From NCBI GenBank assembly GCA_048941015.1, contig JBHLNZ010000053.1, forward strand, positions 1 to 20,126: DNA of 20,126 nt, read 5' to 3'. The notes under the pieces were generated by a model. The model was not told the DNA's origin, did no database searches, and saw only the letters and a list, made by a program, of their open reading frames with translations. The DNA is from Promethearchaeota archaeon. Lineage in GTDB: Archaea > Asgardarchaeota > Lokiarchaeia > Sigyniarchaeales > SOKP01. Positions 11,373 through 18,255 of this stretch are shown here, piece by piece (the first letter of the stretch is position 1; each line of letters starts with the position of its first letter). The translations under genes were made by a program, and so were the position numbers.

Positions 11373-11424
11373 GAGAAAATTATAAAATAGAAATTGATTC
11401 CAAATTTCAAAAAATGATCTAATC

Positions 11425-12417
11425 TTATTTATATTTCTTATTAATTCTGTAAAATTTAGATTTTCTTAAGATGAACCATCTTATTATGGGTTTAACTAAA
11501 GGGATAAAAAAACGTCTGATTCCAATCCAATCTTTAACTTCAGAGTAGAAGTCCTCTAATGTGTACCTTTGAAAATTTAAAAGTTCTTGAGTTTTTTGGG
11601 TTTCCATTAAATCAAAAAATCCACTATGAAAATCTTTCTCTGCAAAAGCGATTTTAGGCAAAAAATTCCTTCCAAATCCCATTATATCTAAAATGTCATT
11701 TAAATGATCTTCATAAATAATCTGACAATTCTTTCCACCACTTAAATTAAATGTCTTTCCCCAAATTCTATTAGATCCTATAGCATTAACTAGTGCTAAT
11801 CCAGAATCTTTTGCATGAATTATTTCTATTGAGGTTTTTAGTGGCATATAAAACATTATTCGTCTAAATTTTAACACATTCGTAGCTACAACATAGGTTA
11901 AACGAAAAATACAATATTTCAGACCGGAATTTTGTATTAATTTTTCCGCTTCTATTTTTGTATTAGTATAAACATCATGTGAATTTTCTTCTATAGGATC
12001 TGAAATTTTTATAATAGGATTTTTTAATCTATCTCCATATACTGCAACAGAGGAAGTATATATTAAACTTGGTCGGGTAGATTGATTTAACATTGCATTA
12101 ACAATATTTTTTGTTCCCCCAAGATTAGTATCAAAAGCTGATTGTGGCTTTTTCAAACTAATATCCGGTAATACAGCAGCAACATGAATTACAATATCCT
12201 GGCTTGAAACAGCTTTTTCTACCACATCGTAATGCCGTATGTCTCCCCAAAATATATTAATATCTTTTCTAAAAGGGTTAAACATTTTCCTATTTTTTCT
12301 TGAATCTCTAAGAAGTAAGCTAATTTCATAATCCCGTTTTTTAATGAATAACTCAGTAAATGCTTCTCTACCGACGGTTCCCGAAGCCCCAATAAGTAAT
12401 ACTTTTAACTTTGACAT
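11425..12417 (-). CDS. Extended SDR / NAD(P)-dependent epimerase-dehydratase, 3beta-hydroxysteroid dehydrogenase-like
   Basis: GASGTVG Rossmann motif, VIHVAAV, TSSVAVYG, YTNTK (YxxxK) and a hydrophobic/basic C-terminal segment. The family call is strong; the substrate is uncertain. Confidence 0.8.
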   Translation of the reverse strand: MSKLKVLLIGASGTVGREAFTELFIKKRDYEISLLLRDSRKNRKMFNPFRKDINIFWGDIRHYDVVEKAVSSQDIVIHVAAVLPDISLKKPQSAFDTNLGGTKNIVNAMLNQSTRPSLIYTSSVAVYGDRLKNPIIKISDPIEENSHDVYTNTKIEAEKLIQNSGLKYCIFRLTYVVATNVLKFRRIMFYMPLKTSIEIIHAKDSGLALVNAIGSNRIWGKTFNLSGGKNCQIIYEDHLNDILDIMGFGRNFLPKIAFAEKDFHSGFFDLMETQKTQELLNFQRYTLEDFYSEVKDWIGIRRFFIPLVKPIIRWFILRKSKFYRINKKYK

Positions 12418-12524
12418 AAAAATTCTATAAATTATTCCCGTTTATATTGAAAATAATATCACATTTTTTTAGAGCTTAACTATATGATAAAAAGAAAATT
12501 ATTATCAAAATATCGATTTGATAA

Positions 12525-13718
12525 TTAGCTTCCAAATTTTCTTTCAAAAATATTAATTAATAATTCTTCTAGTTTTGGAGCTGGAATATCAAGTAGATAG
12601 ATTTCTAAATGGCGTCCTCTTTCTGCTTCTTCAATTCGCACAGTTTTTGATGAAATTATTTTAAGTTGATTCAATTGACGTACATATTTTCTATAACTCA
12701 TTTTTACATGAGGTTCGATAGAGTAATTCTCGCATATTGCTTCATATTCTTCAAATGCATCATCAACTAAAGTATAGGGCTCTTCTTTGTTGATAAGTGA
12801 TCTTACTATTCCATATAAGGCTAATAATTCTTGATCACTTAATTTATCAACAATATCGCCTCTAAAAGTAGGATATACGTCGTTGGATGCTTCTCGAATA
12901 ATATCTGGTGTGATTTTTGCTATTCCTTCTTTATCAGCATACAAACCACTTTTTCTTAGTATTTCAATCCCATGACGCATATTCCTGTGTTCATCAACTA
13001 TTCGGCTAACCATATTTAATATATTATCATCTATAACATTCTCCTTGAAAGCTAATTCGCTTCTATATTGCAAAATCTGTTTAGATTCATCAAAATTGTA
13101 CGGCTTTAACTTAATTTTTTCATTAATTCGGCTTAAGATTCTTTCAGTTTCAATTCTCATCCAGTCTTTTATCCTCGAGATTAATAAAATAGAAAGTTTT
13201 GCATTTTGATGACCAAATGTTTCAGCTATATCTAAAAACGCTAAGACTTCATCTGATTTTAACAAATGAACCTCATCAATTATTAACAACATATAACCCT
13301 GTTCTCTAATTAATTGTGTCAAGATCAGCTTTAATGCTTCATCATCGGAGAATCCCCTTCCAGATCCATGGGTATATTTTGATAGCATTTCTCGGATTAT
13401 TTTACTTTTCGATCTGAAATTTATACAATTAAAATACTCGAGAAACATCTTTACATCTTTCTCTTTGGCTATTGTATTAAAGTTTCTCCCAAAATACCTT
13501 GCAGTAACAGTTTTTCCTACCCCTCCCTTACCTAATATTAAACAATTAATAGATGGTTGATCTTCTTCTTCAAGGATTCTTCTAAAGTTATATATTAAAG
13601 TTTTTAACGCCTCATCCCGACAATATAATTTTTCAGGCACATAACTTAAATCTAGTGATCCTGCTTTTCTAAATACAGATTTTGTCATGAATTGTCTTCT
13701 GAATGCTTCCTCGTCCAT
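12525..13718 (-). CDS. cdc6: Orc1/Cdc6 family replication initiator AAA+ ATPase
   Basis: YVPEKLYCRD, Walker A GKGGVGKT, YFNC, Walker B LIIDEVH, ILSR sensor/arginine finger region, PYNFDE...ILQYR, and a C-terminal winged helix ending in the RGR wing motif. Confidence 0.93.
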   Translation of the reverse strand: MDEEAFRRQFMTKSVFRKAGSLDLSYVPEKLYCRDEALKTLIYNFRRILEEEDQPSINCLILGKGGVGKTVTARYFGRNFNTIAKEKDVKMFLEYFNCINFRSKSKIIREMLSKYTHGSGRGFSDDEALKLILTQLIREQGYMLLIIDEVHLLKSDEVLAFLDIAETFGHQNAKLSILLISRIKDWMRIETERILSRINEKIKLKPYNFDESKQILQYRSELAFKENVIDDNILNMVSRIVDEHRNMRHGIEILRKSGLYADKEGIAKITPDIIREASNDVYPTFRGDIVDKLSDQELLALYGIVRSLINKEEPYTLVDDAFEEYEAICENYSIEPHVKMSYRKYVRQLNQLKIISSKTVRIEEAERGRHLEIYLLDIPAPKLEELLINIFERKFGS

Positions 13719-13842
13719 AGTAATACTGCTATCGCTAATTATAATTATAGATATATATGTATTATTATAAAAAATTAAGTTTAAACTTTCTTATACTTAA
13801 GAATTTTTATAAAAAATTATAAGAAAAATAAATCTAATTGAT

Positions 13843-14763
13843 TTAAATGTTTTTATTATTTAAAGGGTGCATCAATGAGTATGATTGTTTTAATTTAGTA
13901 ATATCATTTTTAGCATAGATTCTTGTAGTATTAGGAGAACTATGACCTAAAATATCTTGTAGTTCACTAATATCCATACCGGACCTTCTCAAATGTGTTG
14001 CGCCTGTATGTCTAAAAATGTGAGGTGTTATAATTTTAGAATCTGGAAATCCACATTTTTCTTTAATTAATTTTATATCAGCTTGAACTACTCGAGGATT
14101 TAATTTTTGATTTCTAGTATTTACAAGTAAATAATCTTCACTATTATAAGAAATTCTATCAGAAAGATGATCTTTAAGAATCGCTAGAGTTTTTTGATCA
14201 ACTGGAACAATTCTCTCTTTATTTCCTTTACCCCGCAATCTTATATAACCTTTTTCAAAATCAATATCCCTGATTTTTATATTACATAACTCACTAACAC
14301 GAGCCATTGTAGAATATAATAGTCTGACTATTAGATAATAGCGCTTACTTTTCTTTGAGTGAAATAATTTCCTATCCTTTAATTTTTGAAAAATAATTTC
14401 GATGTCAGTAACTTTTAAGAACTTAGGAAGGCTTTCTTCGAGTTTTATTTTTGGAGATTTAATGGTACTCATTGGATTTTTATCGATAAACTCATTTAAT
14501 GTTAAAAATTTAAAAAATGATCTTAAGGAAGCAATTTTTCTGCCAATGCCTTTTTTCGTATATCCTTTATCTTTTAAATTTTTTAAGAATAGCCGAATTT
14601 TTTGACGTAACATAGGAGAATTAAGTTCAATATCACCAATTATTTCTAAAACTTTATCAAGGTCATACTTATAGGCTTTAATCGTAGATGATGTACAACC
14701 TTCCTCTACTTCTTTAGAAATAAGAAAATCTTCAATAAAGTCGGAGAACTTATGATCAAGCAT
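13843..14763 (-). CDS. xerA: XerA/XerC/D-type tyrosine recombinase
   Basis: N-terminal core-binding domain (TIKAYKYDL, RKIASLRSFFKFL, NPM, LPKFL) and the full catalytic set R (ARVSEL), K (GKGNKER), HxxR (PHIFRH), H (LGH), Y (TTRIYA). Confidence 0.88.
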   Translation of the reverse strand: MLDHKFSDFIEDFLISKEVEEGCTSSTIKAYKYDLDKVLEIIGDIELNSPMLRQKIRLFLKNLKDKGYTKKGIGRKIASLRSFFKFLTLNEFIDKNPMSTIKSPKIKLEESLPKFLKVTDIEIIFQKLKDRKLFHSKKSKRYYLIVRLLYSTMARVSELCNIKIRDIDFEKGYIRLRGKGNKERIVPVDQKTLAILKDHLSDRISYNSEDYLLVNTRNQKLNPRVVQADIKLIKEKCGFPDSKIITPHIFRHTGATHLRRSGMDISELQDILGHSSPNTTRIYAKNDITKLKQSYSLMHPLNNKNI

Positions 14764-14770
14764 AATAAAT

Positions 14771-14820
14771 GATATAACATAGAGATATTACAAAACATAA
14801 TGTAATATCCAGATATTATA
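14771..14820. repeat. Inverted repeat GATATTACA-8nt-TGTAATATC (14784-14809) with two further near-identical half-sites; candidate dif-like or operator site
   Basis: Perfect 9-bp arms around AAACATAA. Extra copies GATATAACA (14771-14779) and GATATTATA (14812-14820) each differ by one base. The repeat is directly visible; the function is inferred. Confidence 0.6.
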
Positions 14821-14845
14821 AGTGATAAAAGGTTTAGAATTTGAA

Positions 14846-15778
14846 TTACTCTCTCTGCAATTGCCTTAGGTATTTACAAGCATTTATCCCGGCCCTAGCC
14901 CCCTCAGCGGCAGCAAAGACAACTTGAAATAATCCACCAGTGCAATCACCTGCTGCAAATACTCCTTTAACATTTGTTTCTTGTTCGTTATTTACTTTGA
15001 TATTTTTATTTTGATCTAATTCAATCCCCGCTTTTTTAAAGATCGAATTAGATGGAACGTAGGAAAGTATGAATAAACAATCTAATTCTTTCTCTATAAC
15101 TTCTTCAGTGCCAGAAATCGTTGATTTATAGAGAATTTTTTGTATAATTCCTTCAGAATCAGATATTGCTTCAATTATTTCTGCATTATCAATGATTTCA
15201 ATATTTTTATTTTTAACTTCTTCTATTTGTTCAGGTAATTCTTTGATATCCTTATTTGTAATTATATGGACATTGCATCCCATTTGCTCAAGCTCTAAAG
15301 CATCCTCGATTAGTTCTTCATCATGACCATATAAATAAACTTCTTTTCCTTTGTATAACGGACCATCACAAAGAGCACAATATGAAATCCCATAGCCAAT
15401 TAAAGAACTCTCTCCTTTAATTATTTCTTTTCTTTTTCCTGTTCCTGTTGCTATTATTACAGCGTCAGAAGTAATGTTTGCCGTTCTTGTTGATATCATA
15501 TTTATCCCCATCCCAATCATAAGTGAAATAACATCACCATTTATTATTCTTACATTATCAAAACTTTCAGCATGATTTCTAAACTTCTTTAACAAATCAT
15601 TTCCTTCTATATTTTGTTCTCCTAACCAGTTTTGAATCTCTTTTGTTTTAGCTAATGAAGAAAGTTCCTTACCACTTAAAATAATGGTATCTCTATTTGC
15701 TCGTCCACAATACACTCCTGCGCTTAATCCCGCGGGACCCGCTCCGATAATCAAAATTTCACATTTGTATTCATCCAT
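14846..15778 (-). CDS. trxB: Thioredoxin reductase-like flavoprotein (CALC active site, non-canonical NADPH motifs)
   Basis: GAGPAG FAD motif, IIATG, GISYCALCDG, TNVKGVFAAGDC and AAAEGARAG. Confidence 0.85.
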   Translation of the reverse strand: MDEYKCEILIIGAGPAGLSAGVYCGRANRDTIILSGKELSSLAKTKEIQNWLGEQNIEGNDLLKKFRNHAESFDNVRIINGDVISLMIGMGINMISTRTANITSDAVIIATGTGKRKEIIKGESSLIGYGISYCALCDGPLYKGKEVYLYGHDEELIEDALELEQMGCNVHIITNKDIKELPEQIEEVKNKNIEIIDNAEIIEAISDSEGIIQKILYKSTISGTEEVIEKELDCLFILSYVPSNSIFKKAGIELDQNKNIKVNNEQETNVKGVFAAGDCTGGLFQVVFAAAEGARAGINACKYLRQLQRE

Positions 15779-15909
15779 TTGAAATTACCTTATACCCATC
15801 TTTTATGAATAAAGATTTATAGACTTTCTTAAATTTTTTGCCTTTTTAAATAATAAGATCAATCTTTCAGTTTTGAAAATCTAGGCTTTCTTTTAAAATC
15901 AAATTAATA

Positions 15910-15932
15910 TATTGCGACGGTAGATTTTTATA
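15910..15932 (+). promoter_or_regulatory. TATTGCGAC motif plus TATA-like box upstream of the membrane-protein operon
   Basis: TATTGCGAC at 15910-15918 followed by TTTATA at 15927-15932. The same motif recurs at 17570. Confidence 0.35.
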
Positions 15933-15994
15933 GCTAAAGTGTGATAACCTATAATATAGAAATCTAAAAAAAAAATCAATTAAAAATTAAATTA

Positions 15995-16651
15995 GTGAAT
16001 AAAATGGAAAAAAGTAGTCTGTTAAAAGTTATACTAATACTAGGAATAGGTTTAATAATAGCTGGACCAATATTAGGAATTGCAACTACTAAAATAAACA
16101 TAACTAATTTGAAACCTGCGAGAAATTATACAGAAACTAGCAATTCTGAACTTCAGAGTGCGTTTGCGAAACCCGTCATACTTACACAAAATCAGAAGGT
16201 AGCTATTAAGTTTTCAGTTTTTTTTACAAATGTTACAGCAGTTTTAAAAATATTAACAGGAGATTATTATGATGTTGAAGAAGCAGCAAATTCTCCCCCT
16301 ACAGGGCTCACGGGTGAACAATTTGTTTATTCAAGACACATAATAGGAACGACTCCATCATTAAATACTGGAAGCTCTTTATCAATTTCAGAACAGGGTG
16401 AATATTATATAGAGTTTGCAGGTGCTAGAAGTGGAAATTACCTTATTTCATATCCAGGAAGATATGTGGTAATTGTATATGGTACTAATTCAGGACCTGA
16501 TGACACTGTTTTCTTTAATATCGTGATTAATAAAGATGGACCTGGTGGTTTTCTCGGCGGGCTATTTCTCATCATTGGAATAATAACCGTTCTTTGCTAT
16601 GCGTTGCTTATATCTTATTATTATCTAAATAAATTAAGGAGAGGGAGATAA
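15995..16651 (+). CDS. Hypothetical membrane protein: N-terminal TM/signal anchor, beta-rich extracytoplasmic domain, C-terminal TM, short basic tail
   Basis: Hydrophobic segments near residues 9-31 and 186-211, sequons NIT, NYT and NVT, tail KLRRGR. Start is GTG 15995 or ATG 16004. Confidence 0.75.
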   Translation: MNKMEKSSLLKVILILGIGLIIAGPILGIATTKINITNLKPARNYTETSNSELQSAFAKPVILTQNQKVAIKFSVFFTNVTAVLKILTGDYYDVEEAANSPPTGLTGEQFVYSRHIIGTTPSLNTGSSLSISEQGEYYIEFAGARSGNYLISYPGRYVVIVYGTNSGPDDTVFFNIVINKDGPGGFLGGLFLIIGIITVLCYALLISYYYLNKLRRGR

Positions 16652-16653
16652 TA

Positions 16654-17118
16654 ATGCCAGAGAAAAGAAGTTTGGTTGATAATATTCCTTTGTTAGATAA
16701 GAGTAAAGCCATGAAATTCATAATTTATGGCTTATTCGTAGCAATTTTATTTGGATTAATGATGATGATTAGTAGATCAATAGCTGATAATGCATCAAAT
16801 TGGCAAACTCTAGCTATCTTTGAAAATACTTTAAATTATGAGCGTGGTATATATGGTTATACTGATTATCTTAAAAGAGGAGATCAAATCACACAAATAT
16901 ATAATTGGATGCGGTTTCAAGATGCCATTTTCATAAATATCGGCAAAGTTGGAGTGAATATAGCCCTAGTTTTTATACTTATAGGCTTCCTGAGTTTTGC
17001 CATTTCAGAAAGTTATGATGAAAGAACCAGAAGAATCTTTCTAATTATTGCGGCTATGATCTTATTCTTGGTAATGTTTACTACATTCTTTGCGTCGATA
17101 TCAATATCAGTATCCTAA
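16654..17118 (+). CDS. Hypothetical 3-TM membrane protein
   Basis: Three hydrophobic segments. ATG follows a 2-nt gap after the upstream stop, with a GGAG SD inside the upstream gene, indicating an operon. Confidence 0.78.
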   Translation: MPEKRSLVDNIPLLDKSKAMKFIIYGLFVAILFGLMMMISRSIADNASNWQTLAIFENTLNYERGIYGYTDYLKRGDQITQIYNWMRFQDAIFINIGKVGVNIALVFILIGFLSFAISESYDERTRRIFLIIAAMILFLVMFTTFFASISISVS

Positions 17119-17137
17119 TATATTCTTAAAAATTCAA

Positions 17138-17151
17138 TTTTTTTTTTATTT
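17138..17151 (+). terminator. Oligo(T) terminator candidate
   Basis: T10 run starting 20 nt after the stop at 17118. Confidence 0.5.
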
Positions 17152-17190
17152 AGTTTGTACTAAATTACAATTTTGCTTCTCAAATTAAAT

Positions 17191-17240
17191 TAATTTACGT
17201 GAAACATAAGTTTCACGTAGACAATGTGATACGTGAATAC
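17191..17240. repeat. Palindrome TACGTGAAAC-ATAA-GTTTCACGTA (17196-17219) plus a third TACGTGAA copy (17230-17237)
   Basis: Perfect 10-bp arms with a 4-nt spacer. Three ACGT cores at 17197, 17215 and 17231 sit in otherwise AT-rich intergenic DNA. Confidence 0.7.
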
Positions 17241-17312
17241 TATTGTGATATTAGAAGGATACCATCTCTTTCAAATATTAGTTATTAAATTAAATTTAAA
17301 GGTGATTTAATT

Positions 17313-17477
17313 TTGAATGATTTAATATGGACTAGCATGAAACCCACAATCGAAGGGATTTTTGAAAAAATACAAGGCTGTCTAGAACATGTGAATGATG
17401 AAACTTTTGAACGTCAATCTTTTGTTATAGAAGGATATGCAAAATTAGTACATGAAATGCTTAAATATACAGAATAA
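17313..17477 (+). CDS. Small hypothetical protein, 54 aa (not in ORF track)
   Basis: TTG at 17313 preceded by AGGTGA SD (17300-17305). Translation: MNDLIWTSMKPTIEGIFEKIQGCLEHVNDETFERQSFVIEGYAKLVHEMLKYTE*. Composition is protein-like and amphipathic helical. Alternative ATG at 17337. Confidence 0.6.
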   Translation: MNDLIWTSMKPTIEGIFEKIQGCLEHVNDETFERQSFVIEGYAKLVHEMLKYTE

Positions 17478-17569
17478 ATTTACCAATATTAAATTCTCAC
17501 TCTTATAAAGTTTATCTTAACTTTTTTATTAGCTATTATTATCTTGATATTTTGATAAATTTTTTATAT

Positions 17570-17593
17570 TATTGCGACAAAAAGGTATTTAAC
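17570..17593 (+). promoter_or_regulatory. TATTGCGAC motif plus BRE/TATA-like element upstream of the SRPBCC gene
   Basis: TATTGCGAC at 17570-17578 followed by AAAAAGGTATTTAAC. Confidence 0.35.
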
Positions 17594-17636
17594 TTATTGA
17601 AATCTATTTAGAATCTAAATCAAAAAGGTAATTTAT

Positions 17637-18059
17637 ATGGCTCGAGTTGAAAAAACAATTGAAATCAAAGCACCTCGGAAGAAGGTGTTCGATATTTTAG
17701 ATGATACATTAAATATGCCCAAATGGAACATAGTTGTAAATGAAATATCAGAAGTAAAACCAGGAACTTTTTTTGCTAAAACTAATGTGGGAGATACTAC
17801 AGCAATTCGAACTGAGACTGTAGAACCAGAAATTATCTCTACAGATCAAGAAGGAAGTCTTATGACTTCCATGGGTTACATTTTAATCCCCAAAGGAGAC
17901 AATACTGAAGCTAAAATATGGGCTGAATTTGATAATCCTGATGACGAAATGGTTCTTGGTTCAGCTGGGCTTGTTTTTTTAAAAAGCTTAAAAGCTTATG
18001 CTGAATACCTTGAACAAGGAGGAAATCCCAAAGAATATAATAAGAAAGAACATTTCTAA
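17637..18059 (+). CDS. SRPBCC / START-like (polyketide cyclase 2) ligand-binding protein
   Basis: N-terminal VEKTIEIKAPRKKVFDILDD...MPKWN and C-terminal helix FLKSLKAYAE. 140 aa helix-grip size. Confidence 0.85.
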   Translation: MARVEKTIEIKAPRKKVFDILDDTLNMPKWNIVVNEISEVKPGTFFAKTNVGDTTAIRTETVEPEIISTDQEGSLMTSMGYILIPKGDNTEAKIWAEFDNPDDEMVLGSAGLVFLKSLKAYAEYLEQGGNPKEYNKKEHF

Positions 18060-18084
18060 TTTTCCTTTTTTTATTTTTTTATTT
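18060..18084 (+). terminator. Oligo(T) terminator candidate
   Basis: TTTTCCTTTTTTTATTTTTTTATTT immediately after the SRPBCC stop. Confidence 0.55.
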
Positions 18085-18255
18085 AACTAATTTCATTGAT
18101 TTTAATATAATTTTATAATTATCATAAACAACCAATAAGAATTCTTTATTAAAAATAACTTGAAATTTTAAAACTTTATTTGCCTTAATTAATATTGATA
18201 ATTATAATTATAACTATTTTTAATAAGGGAAAATGAATCGAGAGGGAATTGATGA

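Noticed and set aside
13719-13842. Canonical archaeal oriC next to cdc6
   Set aside because: No ORB/mini-ORB (TCCA..GAAAC, G-string) is visible here or at 12418-12524. Only nearly pure A/T imperfect palindromes occur, which are expected by chance.
14402-14605. 67-aa plus-strand ORF
   Set aside because: Antisense within xerA.
14793-17209. Identical AAACATAA in both inverted repeats as a shared crossover core bracketing trxB and the membrane genes
   Set aside because: The 8-mer also occurs inside coding DNA (6719-6726, 16096-16103), the arms are unrelated, and the symmetry centres differ.
18197-18213. TAATTATAATTATA word shared with the cdc6 upstream region (~13736-13749)
   Set aside because: Pure A/T repeat in very AT-rich intergenic DNA, not distinguishable from background by eye.
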